Assembly (NCBI GenBank): GCA_963812155.1
Contig: CAWETW010000003.1
Coordinates: forward strand, 320,001 to 384,000
Source of the DNA: Vulcanimicrobiota bacterium
Lineage (GTDB): Bacteria; Vulcanimicrobiota; Vulcanimicrobiia; Vulcanimicrobiales; Vulcanimicrobiaceae
Length of the DNA stretch: 64,000 nucleotides
Reading direction: 5' to 3'
This document shows positions 39,853 through 48,556 of the stretch, in pieces; within the stretch, counting starts at the first letter, position 1, and every line of letters begins with the position of its first letter. Below the pieces are notes generated by a model. That model worked only from the letters and a program-made list of their open reading frames with translations, did no database searches and was not told where the DNA came from. A program made the translations under genes and the position numbers.

Positions 39853-40203
39853 ATGATAAAACATTTCACCGCATCCGCCGCGGCCATGGCGGCTCTTCTC
39901 ATCGCTTCCCCGGCGCTCGCCGCCGATCACGACGGCTCGCTGCCGCTCTATTCGCACGGCACCGTGGCGGCCGGAATGGGCGGCATTCCTGCAAGCGCGT
40001 TGGCTCAAGGCGTACCGTATCAGCAAACCACCAGCGATTCGGTCTCGACCGTCGATGCGTGGTATAAATCGAACGTGCCGAAATCGTGCACGCGGCTCGC
40101 CGCTTCCGGCGGCGTCCGCTACACGTGTCCGGGCGGCACCATCGTGATTCAAAACCACAACGGAACGTTGATCAGCTTGCTGCCGGCAATGCCGCATTTC
40201 TGA
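39853..40203 (+). CDS. Small secreted protein
   Basis: MIKHFTASAAAMAALLIASPALA signal peptide; two Cys in the mature part. Confidence 0.75.
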   Translation: MIKHFTASAAAMAALLIASPALAADHDGSLPLYSHGTVAAGMGGIPASALAQGVPYQQTTSDSVSTVDAWYKSNVPKSCTRLAASGGVRYTCPGGTIVIQNHNGTLISLLPAMPHF

Positions 40204-40226
40204 TCCCTCAGGAAATACGCAACCGC

Positions 40227-40254
40227 TGGATAGGCGACGTGCATCGCCTATCCA
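40227..40254. terminator. Hairpin between convergent genes
   Basis: tggataggcga-cgtgca-tcgcctatcca 11-bp stem. Confidence 0.7.
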
Positions 40255-40443
40255 TTAATCTTTCCGGGACTGTGAGGCGAGGTATGAGGCGATGAAATCG
40301 GCGACGTCGCGCGTGTCGGTGAAGAAGAGTCGCCTGCCGGAGGTGACTTCCTGGACGGAGCCGCGCCAGTGCGGCGCGCCGTCGAGCTCTTCGGTGCGCC
40401 ACGTTCTCACGAGGAACGTGACGTCACGCTTTTCCGAGTTCAC
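40255..40443 (-). CDS. Small hypothetical protein (FLVRxW...WRG...SGRRLFF)
   Basis: 62 aa; own promoter box; stop abuts the terminator hairpin. Confidence 0.75.
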   Translation of the reverse strand: MNSEKRDVTFLVRTWRTEELDGAPHWRGSVQEVTSGRRLFFTDTRDVADFIASYLASQSRKD

Positions 40444-40449
40444 GCCTCC

Positions 40450-40481
40450 AGCCTACGGCTAGGGCGTGCCGTGCGTGTGCC
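40450..40481 (-). promoter_or_regulatory. SARP-type direct-repeat box plus -10 element
   Basis: Minus strand GGCACAC-gcac-GGCACGC-8 nt-TAGGCT-6 nt-GTG. Confidence 0.65.
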
Positions 40482-40527
40482 GCGCCCGCTGCGTGTGGAA
40501 CTCGGGGGCCGAGGGTAGCACTCAACT

Positions 40528-40716
40528 ATGGCCATTCGATCGGAAAAGCGATTTCGGCGCGACCGCGCGGGCGAAATATTTCAGAGCGACCTCACCGAAG
40601 AAGACCTGCCGGCGCCGCCCGTGCGCGAGGAGGCGGATCACGATCTCCGGGGCGATCCCGGCGTAGATTCGCAAGAAGCCGACGAGTTCATGAAGCAGCG
40701 GAAGTTCGAACGGTGA
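40528..40716 (+). CDS. Small acidic hypothetical protein
   Basis: 62-aa ORF preceded by GTGTGG-N14-GGGTAG (40493-40518). Confidence 0.55.
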   Translation: MAIRSEKRFRRDRAGEIFQSDLTEEDLPAPPVREEADHDLRGDPGVDSQEADEFMKQRKFER

Positions 40717-40732
40717 AGCTGCCGGCGGGCGC

Positions 40733-41839
40733 TTAGCTCGGCCGCGTACGCGCGGCACGCGGAGAGCGCCGGCGCCGCGCGGGTTTCGCCGGCGACGCTT
40801 CGTTGGAAGCCGCAAGCAGCGCCTCGAGCACAGCAGTTTCATCCGCGTTCGAGCGGCTTGCGGCGCTCGCCAGTTCGAAACGGCCGTCGCGAACGAAGCG
40901 TTCGAATAGCGCAGGATGGATGTAGGACGAGCGGCAGACCGAGGGCGTGTTTCGCAGGCGCTTGGCGACGATGCGGCAGGCTTCCGCGACGGCGCCCTTG
41001 CGCTCGGCCGGAGACTCGGCGGGGTTACCGGCGAGCCATTGCGCGCACGTCGTGGTGGCAAGCCAGGTGCGGAAATCCTTTGCCGAATAATCGGCATTCG
41101 AAATCGCGCGGATGTAATCGTTGACGGCCGCCGAATCGATCGCCGCGACGCCGCCTTGTTCGTCGACGTAGCCGAACAGATGCTGGCCGGGCAAGTCCAA
41201 ACACTGCGCGACGATGCGCGCGATCCGCCGGTCGTGGAGATCGACCCGGTGCGGGATGCCGCTCTTACCTTTGAATTGAAATCGCAGGTCGGCGCCGCGA
41301 ACGCGCACGTGACCGTTGGTGAGCGTCGTCAGGCCGTAAGAATCGTTGGCGCGCGCGTACTCCTCGTTGCCGACCCGAATCAGCGTCGTCTCGAGCAGCG
41401 TCACGACCGCCGCGAGTACTTTTTCCTTGGGCATGCCCGGAAGCGCTAAGTCCTTGGCAACGCAATCGCGAATCGCCGGCAGCGCGGCTGCGAAGTCGAG
41501 CAAATGGGCAAACTTCGACGCGTCGCGCGTCTCGCGCCAGCGGGCGTGGTAGCGGTATTGTTTGCGTCCGCGCGCGTCCCGGCCCGTCGCTTGGATGTGT
41601 CCGTTGGGTTGGGGACAGATCCAGACCGATTCGTACGCCGGGGGAATCGCGAGTTTGGCGATGCGATCGCGCGTTGCGGCGTCGCGTACCGGCGTACCGT
41701 CGGGCCACACGTAGCGAAACTTTCCGCGACTGCGAAGGCGGCGTATCCCCGGCCCGTCGTCGGAAACGTACCGTAGACGCGCCTCGCGCGCGTCGCGTTC
41801 GGCCGGGGTGAGTTCCGTCGACGTGCCGGGCGCGCTCAT
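40733..41839 (-). CDS. DNA topoisomerase IB (bacterial/poxvirus-like)
   Basis: IPPAYESVWIC, GRDARGRKQYRY, IRVGNEEY, FKGKSG, KDFRTW, NTPSVCRSSYIHP (catalytic Tyr). Confidence 0.92.
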   Translation of the reverse strand: MSAPGTSTELTPAERDAREARLRYVSDDGPGIRRLRSRGKFRYVWPDGTPVRDAATRDRIAKLAIPPAYESVWICPQPNGHIQATGRDARGRKQYRYHARWRETRDASKFAHLLDFAAALPAIRDCVAKDLALPGMPKEKVLAAVVTLLETTLIRVGNEEYARANDSYGLTTLTNGHVRVRGADLRFQFKGKSGIPHRVDLHDRRIARIVAQCLDLPGQHLFGYVDEQGGVAAIDSAAVNDYIRAISNADYSAKDFRTWLATTTCAQWLAGNPAESPAERKGAVAEACRIVAKRLRNTPSVCRSSYIHPALFERFVRDGRFELASAASRSNADETAVLEALLAASNEASPAKPARRRRSPRAARTRPS

Positions 41840-41851
41840 GGCGCACTCGTT

Positions 41852-41931
41852 CTTCCCATGCCTGCCTGCCGAGAAACCCGAAGCCGCTAAGGACCCGCTA
41901 CGCGTTACCCATCCCGGCGCTGGGTAGAAAC
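41852..41931 (-). promoter_or_regulatory. Two tandem SigB/SigF-like promoters of TopIB
   Basis: GTTTCT-N15-GGGTAA (41931-41905) and GTTTCT-N14-GGGAAG (41877-41852). Confidence 0.55.
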
Positions 41932-42011
41932 GTGCGATGAGTCAGGCGCAAACGCTTTCCGGTCGCCCCGGATGCAATCGCCTAGCGGCGCTCTAGCGCA
42001 CGGCGAATCGA

Positions 42012-42632
42012 GTGCCGTACGAAACCGCAGCCGCCTATCTTCCGCGCACCACGTCGCTGCGGAGTTTGAAACGCGCGGCGGCGGGTTGCCGCGGCTGCGA
42101 CTTGTACGAGCACGCGACGCAAACCGTGTTCGGCGAAGGTTCGCGCGGTGCGCGGATCGTGCTGGTCGGCGAACAGCCGGGCGACCGCGAAGACATCGAA
42201 GGCGAGCCGTTCGTCGGACCGGCCGGCGCGATGCTGCAATCGGCGATCGAAGAAGCCGGCATCGATCGTTCCGGCGTGTACGTTACCAACGCCGTCAAGC
42301 ACTTTCGCTTCGTCGTGCGGGGGAAACGGCGCATCCACCAAAAGCCTCGCGCGATCGAGATCGACGCCTGCCGGCCCTGGCTCGATGCTGAAATTGCCGC
42401 CGTGGATCCGCGCACCATCGTCGCGATGGGCGCGACCGCCGCACGCAGCCTGCTCGGCCGTCCGGTGCGTATCGGCGACCGGCGTGGAAAGCCGCTGACC
42501 AGCGACGGCCGCACCATTTTCGTGACGATCCATCCGGCGAGCGTGCTGCGGCAGCCCGACCGCAACGCCCGGCGCGCCGCGTTCGCACGCCTCGTCGCCG
42601 ACCTTCGTGCGGCCGGCGAAACGGCGCGGTGA
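42012..42632 (+). CDS. udgX: UdgX-family uracil-DNA binding protein
   Basis: CRGC, GEQPG, TNAVKHF, KRRIHQKP R-loop, HPAS. Confidence 0.9.
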   Translation: MPYETAAAYLPRTTSLRSLKRAAAGCRGCDLYEHATQTVFGEGSRGARIVLVGEQPGDREDIEGEPFVGPAGAMLQSAIEEAGIDRSGVYVTNAVKHFRFVVRGKRRIHQKPRAIEIDACRPWLDAEIAAVDPRTIVAMGATAARSLLGRPVRIGDRRGKPLTSDGRTIFVTIHPASVLRQPDRNARRAAFARLVADLRAAGETAR

Positions 42633-42656
42633 ACGAGTACCCGAGGCCTGGGCCGG

Positions 42657-42950
42657 TCAGCCTTTCTCGCCGTCCTCTTCTATCGGTTCGACCTCGCCGC
42701 GGACGCTCAAACCCAACGAACGATGATGTTCTTCATTTCTCGCCAGTGCATCGGCGATGTCGTCGCGTATGCCGTGCTCGCTGCGCAGCCGCCGCAAGAC
42801 TTCTAGGCTCGCGCGCAAGGCGTTTGCGTGGCCCTCGAGTACGGCGCCCGGCACGTCGGGTGCGTCCACCGGGCGGCTCAACCACGCCTCCATGGCAGCG
42901 TGCGCGGCCTCTCCCTGCCGTACCGCCTGGTTTAGTTCGTCGCGATACAC
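42657..42950 (-). CDS. Hypothetical protein
   Basis: 97-aa ORF filling the gap; no recognised motif. Confidence 0.45.
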   Translation of the reverse strand: MYRDELNQAVRQGEAAHAAMEAWLSRPVDAPDVPGAVLEGHANALRASLEVLRRLRSEHGIRDDIADALARNEEHHRSLGLSVRGEVEPIEEDGEKG

Positions 42951-43037
42951 GTGGCTGGCAGCAGCCCTGGGGAAACTTGTCTCACGGCGGTCCTCACGGG
43001 CGACTTTTACGACGATATCGAGCGGGGTCCCGTCGCC

Positions 43038-43063
43038 GATTCAGCGGCGCCGCGCCCGGGTAC
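43038..43063 (+). promoter_or_regulatory. SigB/SigF-like promoter
   Basis: GATTCA-N14-GGGTAC, 12 nt before ATG 43076. Confidence 0.5.
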
Positions 43064-43075
43064 ACCGAGTAGGCG

Positions 43076-43594
43076 ATGAACCCAGCCGCCGGAGAACTCG
43101 CCTCCGCAACCGGTGATGCGTTCGCCACGTTGCGCAGCGACCACGAAGTCGTCAAGAATCTGTTGGCGGAGCTCGTCCAGCCCGGCGATCGAACGCTGCG
43201 CCGTACGATGCTCAACCGGCTCAAGACGGCGCTCGCCATTCACAATGCGACCGAGGAGAGCCTGATCTATCCTGCGACGCGCGTGCTCGCGGGGCGTAAA
43301 GACCGTGCCGAGCGGCTCTATCGCGAGACGGCCGAGGCCGACGTGCTGCTGTTCGAGATCGACCTGCTGCGTGAAGATGACGACGTGCCCGATTTCGACG
43401 AGAAGGTCGCAAAACTGCGCGACGCGATCGTCGCCCACATCGACGAAGAAGAGACGACGATTTTTCCCGACCTGCTCGACCGGCTTGGAGCCGACGGCTG
43501 CAAGCGGCTCGCGCAATCGATGCGGGAGTTCCGGGGCGCCTTTGAACCGCATCCCTCGCAATCCAAAATCCGGGAAGTCGAGGGACTGGGCTAA
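43076..43594 (+). CDS. Hemerythrin (HHE) domain protein
   Basis: LRSDH, HNATEESLIYP, HIDEEETTIFP. Confidence 0.85.
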   Translation: MNPAAGELASATGDAFATLRSDHEVVKNLLAELVQPGDRTLRRTMLNRLKTALAIHNATEESLIYPATRVLAGRKDRAERLYRETAEADVLLFEIDLLREDDDVPDFDEKVAKLRDAIVAHIDEEETTIFPDLLDRLGADGCKRLAQSMREFRGAFEPHPSQSKIREVEGLG

Positions 43595-43621
43595 TTCCCG
43601 TCGCGCCGCGAAGCGCGAAGC

Positions 43622-44104
43622 GTGCTGCGGTATCTGGTCTTAGCGGCGATTATCGTCTTCGCGATCGCGATCGCCGTCGCCGGATGGGTGAATCGGGATG
43701 CGATTCGCATCAGAATCGCCTCGGTTTACGTTCGCGTGAGTCCGAAACCGCAAGCCTCAAACGTACCGGGCCCGGGGTCGTCGAAGGGACTGGGCGGCGA
43801 CGCGCCCTGGGCGCTCTCGGCGCTGCCCGAATGTCTCGTGCAAACGTCTGAAACCACCGGTCCCCTCGCATACGTCTTGCAGCATCTCCCGGACGGCGCG
43901 GCGCCGGTCGCTCAGCCGGCGACGCTTCGCTACGGCGATTGCACGATCGAACTCGCCGGCGGCGCGGCCGTCGTCAGGCGAGGAGAGGATCGCTTTCGAA
44001 TTCCGCCGCACGTGCGGCTTTACCGAGGCCCGGGCGTGCTTGCGCTGCTGCGCACCGCGTCGAACGGAAACGAACTGCGCGTGTACGAACCAACGACACC
44101 ATAG
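43622..44104 (+). CDS. Hypothetical membrane-anchored protein
   Basis: N-terminal TM helix; 160 aa. Confidence 0.65.
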   Translation: MLRYLVLAAIIVFAIAIAVAGWVNRDAIRIRIASVYVRVSPKPQASNVPGPGSSKGLGGDAPWALSALPECLVQTSETTGPLAYVLQHLPDGAAPVAQPATLRYGDCTIELAGGAAVVRRGEDRFRIPPHVRLYRGPGVLALLRTASNGNELRVYEPTTP

Positions 44105-44111
44105 GAAAAAC

Positions 44112-45707
44112 GTGACGATAGACGACGAAGTCCGCCATCGCCGAACGTTCGCGATCATCTCGCACCCGGACGCCGGCAAGACGACGTTAACCGAGAAGCT
44201 GCTGCTTTACGGCGGAGCGATTCACGTCGCGGGACAGGTCTCGGCGCGCAAGCGGCAGCGTCAGGCAACCAGCGACTGGATGGCACTCGAGCGCGAGCGC
44301 GGAATTTCGATCACCTCGACCGTGCTGCAGTTTCCGTACGGCGGGCACACGATCAACCTGCTGGACACTCCCGGACACCAAGACTTCGGCGAAGATACGT
44401 ATCGCACGCTGCTGGCCGCCGACAGCGCGGTCATGCTTATCGACGCGGCCAAGGGCGTGGAGCCGCAGACGAAAAAGCTCTTCGCGATCTGCCGCGAACG
44501 CGGCATTCCGCTCTTTACGTTCATGAACAAGCTCGATCGGCCCAGCCGCGACCCGCTCGAGCTGCTCGACGAACTCGAATCGGTGTTGGGAATCGGCGCG
44601 TATCCGATGAACTGGCCGCTCGGAAGCGGCGACGAGTTTCGCGGCATCTACGACCGGCGCACGCGCGAACTCCATCTCTTCGAGCGTTCCGCACACGGAA
44701 CGACGCGCGCCGCCGCGACGACGACGGTCGCGGGCGACGACCGTTTGCGTTCGCTCGTCGGCGAAGCGGAGTACGCGCGCTTTCGCGAAGGAATCGAGCT
44801 GCTCGACGGCGCCGGCGAATCGTTCGACCGCGACGCGATGCTCGCGGGAACGACCACGCCGGTCTTCTTCGGAAGCGCGGTGACGAACTTCGGCGTGCAG
44901 CTCTTTCTCGATGCGTTCGTCGAGATGGCGCCGCCGCCGGCGGCGCGCGCCGGAATTCCGCCGGAACATCCGGAGTTCAGCGCGTTCGTTTTCAAGATCC
45001 AAGCCAACATGGACCCGCGCCATCGCGACCGCATCGCCTTCGTGCGCGTCTGCTCGGGCCGGTTCGAGCGCGACATGACGGTTCGTAACGGCCGAACGGG
45101 CAAAGAAGTGCGTTTGTCACGCGCGATGCGGCTGTTTGCCGACGAACGGGAGTCGCTCGACGCGGCCTACGCCGGCGACGTCGTCGGCTTGGCCAACCCC
45201 GGCGTGTTCGCCATCGGCGACGCGCTCTACGACGGCGCGCCCGTCGAGTTCGCGCCGATTCCCGCCTTCGCCCCGGAACATTTTGCGAGCGTCCGGAGTA
45301 TCGATGCTTCGGGTCACAAATCGTTCGCGAAAGGCATCGCGCAGTTGCGCGAGGAGGGAGCGGTGCAGGTGTTCTATCCGCTGGGATCGATGCGCACGGA
45401 GCCGATCGTCGGCGTGGTCGGCGAGCTCCAGTTCGAGGTGGCGAAATATCGCTTGGAAAGCGAGTATAACGTCAAGACCGTTTTCACGACGCTCCCGCTC
45501 GCGCTCGCGCGGCACGTTGAAGGCGAACGAAGCCGCTTGCTTTCCGCGCAGTTTCCCTCCAACGCCAAACTCGTGGAAGATTGGGACGGGCGTCCGGCGG
45601 CGCTCTTCGAAAGCGAGTGGAGCATGCGTCTCGCCAAGGAATGGAATCCCGATCTGACGTTCGTTCGCTTCTCTGCCGACACGCTGAAGGAGACCGTCGC
45701 ACCGTGA
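44112..45707 (+). CDS. prfC: Peptide chain release factor 3
   Basis: RRTFAIISHPDAGKTTLTEK, DTPGHQDF, NKLD, FKIQANMDPRHRDR. Confidence 0.97.
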   Translation: MTIDDEVRHRRTFAIISHPDAGKTTLTEKLLLYGGAIHVAGQVSARKRQRQATSDWMALERERGISITSTVLQFPYGGHTINLLDTPGHQDFGEDTYRTLLAADSAVMLIDAAKGVEPQTKKLFAICRERGIPLFTFMNKLDRPSRDPLELLDELESVLGIGAYPMNWPLGSGDEFRGIYDRRTRELHLFERSAHGTTRAAATTTVAGDDRLRSLVGEAEYARFREGIELLDGAGESFDRDAMLAGTTTPVFFGSAVTNFGVQLFLDAFVEMAPPPAARAGIPPEHPEFSAFVFKIQANMDPRHRDRIAFVRVCSGRFERDMTVRNGRTGKEVRLSRAMRLFADERESLDAAYAGDVVGLANPGVFAIGDALYDGAPVEFAPIPAFAPEHFASVRSIDASGHKSFAKGIAQLREEGAVQVFYPLGSMRTEPIVGVVGELQFEVAKYRLESEYNVKTVFTTLPLALARHVEGERSRLLSAQFPSNAKLVEDWDGRPAALFESEWSMRLAKEWNPDLTFVRFSADTLKETVAP

Positions 45708-46078
45708 TACGCCCCCGTACGTTGGCCGTTCTCGCCGCCGCCGTTCTCGCGGCGTGCTCGTTTCAAAACAAATACGAACGCGAAACCGGAGACATCACGA
45801 AAGCCGTGATGAACAATAACCTGCAGCCGGTTTCCGGCGACATCGCTCCCGGCGTCAACATTCCTCGCGTCAAGGTCGCGGAGTGGTCGGACGAACTGAA
45901 CGCGCAAGGCAAACTGCTCTCGATAAAAGAGACGCCCGACAAATGCGAGCCCGGGTGGCACTGCTTTGAGGCGAAGTTCGAAAAGCGCGTCTACGTCGAG
46001 CGCATGCGGCTCGACGAAAACGGCAAGGTCGTCAACTGGAACTTCAAAATGGCGCCGGTCGCGGCCACGGCGACGTGA
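45704..46078 (+). CDS. Lipoprotein
   Basis: VLAAC lipobox; overlaps the prfC stop. Confidence 0.7.
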   Translation: MIRPRTLAVLAAAVLAACSFQNKYERETGDITKAVMNNNLQPVSGDIAPGVNIPRVKVAEWSDELNAQGKLLSIKETPDKCEPGWHCFEAKFEKRVYVERMRLDENGKVVNWNFKMAPVAATAT

Positions 46079-47085
46079 GCCGCCATCTCGGCGTTCTGGC
46101 GCTCGTCTTTGCCGTAGCCGGATGCGCGGGCGTGCAATCGCCGATCGCACCGCCTGGAACGCCGGCGAACCCCGCAACGGTTTCGGCGGCGAAGCGCGGT
46201 GCGTCCTGGATGGCGCCGCAAGCGCAGAAAGCTGCGAGTCTGCTCTACGTTTCCAATTGGGGCACGTCCGACGTTACCGTATATACCTACGCGAACGGCG
46301 GCGGACTGGTGCTGGTCGGAACGTTGACCGGCTTCTCGTTACCGGGTGGATTGTGCACCGACAGCACGGGCAACGTCTGGATTCCGGACACGAGCGGCAG
46401 AAGGGTGTTCGAATACGCGCACGGCGGGACGAAACCGATCCAAACGATCCAGCTGTCGACCGGCTATCCCTACGCATGCGCCGTCGATTCGGCGACCGGG
46501 AACATCGCGGTTTCGAGCGCGCATCCCAATGGAAAGTACCAAGCCTACAGCATCGTTGACGTCTTTTCGAAAGGCTCGAGGAGGCCGGCGCGGTATTCGA
46601 CCCTTCACGGGTTCAAGAACGTGTATTTCGTCGCGTACGACGACAAGAGTAATCTCTACGCCGACGCAACGCCGTGCGAATTTCGGGGCTGTTACTACCG
46701 GCAAGAAGGTCCACCGGGGTTTTACAAGCTGTCGAGCGGCGGATCCGACTTTAAGCGGCTGACGCTCGTTGGTGCCAAGCTCCACGAACCGGCGGCAATC
46801 GACTGGGTGAAGCCGACACTCCTGTTAGGCGATCGGGATTTTGAAGAACAAGGAACGTCGGGTGCCTATAAGGTCTTCGTCTCCGGCGCGAAGGCGACGG
46901 TCGTCGCTACGCTGCCCTTCGGCGGAACGCAGCAAGCCTACGGATTTTCGCGCCGGGCCACCCGGGTCATCGTGCCGGACTTCACCGGAAACGCCGTCAG
47001 GGTGTACGATCTTTCCGACGGGTCCCTCATTTCCACGCTCACGACCGAGATTTCGGAGCCCTTCGCAACGGTGGTAAGCCAGTAG
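46075..47085 (+). CDS. Lipoprotein with beta-propeller-like repeats
   Basis: VAGC lipobox; LLYVSNW, PGGLCTDSTGNVWI, EYAHGG, CAVDSATGNIAV. Confidence 0.75.
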   Translation: MSRHLGVLALVFAVAGCAGVQSPIAPPGTPANPATVSAAKRGASWMAPQAQKAASLLYVSNWGTSDVTVYTYANGGGLVLVGTLTGFSLPGGLCTDSTGNVWIPDTSGRRVFEYAHGGTKPIQTIQLSTGYPYACAVDSATGNIAVSSAHPNGKYQAYSIVDVFSKGSRRPARYSTLHGFKNVYFVAYDDKSNLYADATPCEFRGCYYRQEGPPGFYKLSSGGSDFKRLTLVGAKLHEPAAIDWVKPTLLLGDRDFEEQGTSGAYKVFVSGAKATVVATLPFGGTQQAYGFSRRATRVIVPDFTGNAVRVYDLSDGSLISTLTTEISEPFATVVSQ

Positions 47086-47088
47086 CGA

Positions 47089-48522
47089 TTAGTACGTATC
47101 CGCCGGCGTGTCGTCGGGATGCGTCAAAAAGTAGTGCGCGTCGTACTTTACGGCGACTTTCTTGTAGTGCAGCGGCTTCTGCGTGAAGTCGAACATGTCT
47201 TCGAACGCGTCGGCACGCTCGTCGGCATATTTTGTCGATGGCTTGCAATGCGGATGGCAGATCGGCGGCAAGCCGAACGTTTGCTCGATGAAGTGCAAGG
47301 TGCTGGCAATCTCGTGCTGACTGTGAGAGATGTATCCCGGTTTCGCGTACGGCGAGATGACGATCAAGGGAACGCGGAAGCCCAAGCCTTCGCGCGCATG
47401 GGTGTCCGGGTCGGCATATTGCGGCGGCTTCACGTGATCGAACCAGCCGCCCCAGTCGTCCCACATCACGATGATGGCCGAACTGTTCCAATACTTGCTT
47501 TGACCGACGGCATTGGCAATGCTGGCGACCCATGATGGGCCCTTGTCGCCGGACGCGGGGCCGGCGTGATCGGAGTTCTGGCCCGACGGCATGACCCACG
47601 AGACGTTTGACAGCGTTCCGTTCGAAATGTCGGTAAAGATTTGCAGATCCGGCGACTTGATGTTCTTCCAGTCCGGACCCTGATAGATTTGCTGGATCGC
47701 GGCAAAGCCGTTGAGATTTCCACCGGGGTTCTTTGCTTCGGCGTAGTAGGTCCACGTAATTCCCGCACCGTCGAGATTGTTCGCGATGGTCGGATAAGTG
47801 AAGCACGGGAACGGTCCCGGCACTTCGTAACCCGTCGCCTTTGAGAACACGGGCGGGTCGGCTTGCCCATATTTGAGGACCTCGACGTACGTCGAGGGAA
47901 TTTGGTTGTTGCAGCCCCACGGCTGCGAGCTTGGCACTTCGGATGCGTGACCGGATTGGCCCGCGATCAAATATTGGTGGGCGACGTAACTCGGGCCGCT
48001 GTTCGATGCGAATGCATCGTCACCCAGCGCATACTGCTGCGCGAGCGTCCAGTAACCTTGAACGTCGGACTGGTAGACGTAGGAATAAATGTCCTGTTTG
48101 ATCGCCGAATTGTTGGAGAAAACCCAGCACGCCGGGTGGTTGATGGGATCGGAGCAACCGGGTTTATGCTTTACGATGTAATGATCGAAACCATCGGTTT
48201 TACCTTGATCGTAGTCTTCCAGAAATTGAGAATGGTCGTGATTCGGATCGAACTGCGTAAATTTTAGATGGATCGGTTCGAGCGTGTAGGTCGTGCCGCC
48301 CTCACCCTTACTCGTGTCAACGCTGTTGGCTCCCGGAAAGCCGTGGAACAAATTGTCGAACGTCCGATTTTCCTGAACGACGATGATGATGTGCTTGATC
48401 GGCGTCGATCCGCCCGAATCGCGAACGAGGTACTGATTTTTAGCCGCAGGCGGGGTTTGACCGAACGAGCCGTTGCAGCCGGCCAGCATCGCTGCCATGA
48501 CGATAACGGATAATTTCCTCAC
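47089..48522 (-). CDS. Phosphoesterase (phospholipase C/acid phosphatase family) lipoprotein
   Basis: LAGC lipobox; HIIIVVQENRTFDN, GPSY, WDDWGGWFDHV, GFRVPLIVISPYAK. Confidence 0.9.
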   Translation of the reverse strand: MRKLSVIVMAAMLAGCNGSFGQTPPAAKNQYLVRDSGGSTPIKHIIIVVQENRTFDNLFHGFPGANSVDTSKGEGGTTYTLEPIHLKFTQFDPNHDHSQFLEDYDQGKTDGFDHYIVKHKPGCSDPINHPACWVFSNNSAIKQDIYSYVYQSDVQGYWTLAQQYALGDDAFASNSGPSYVAHQYLIAGQSGHASEVPSSQPWGCNNQIPSTYVEVLKYGQADPPVFSKATGYEVPGPFPCFTYPTIANNLDGAGITWTYYAEAKNPGGNLNGFAAIQQIYQGPDWKNIKSPDLQIFTDISNGTLSNVSWVMPSGQNSDHAGPASGDKGPSWVASIANAVGQSKYWNSSAIIVMWDDWGGWFDHVKPPQYADPDTHAREGLGFRVPLIVISPYAKPGYISHSQHEIASTLHFIEQTFGLPPICHPHCKPSTKYADERADAFEDMFDFTQKPLHYKKVAVKYDAHYFLTHPDDTPADTY

Positions 48523-48556
48523 TGCGATTTCGTTCCTCAATTTCGTCGCTGCCGTA

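Noticed and set aside
40733..41839. TopIB as a sign of a prophage or integrated element
   Set aside because: No integrase, att repeats or phage genes nearby; TopIB is a common chromosomal gene in bacteria
35083..43009. Shared 11-mer GGCGACTTTTA upstream of the PP2C gene and the 42950 ORF
   Set aside because: Only two copies at different distances from the starts; plausible by chance
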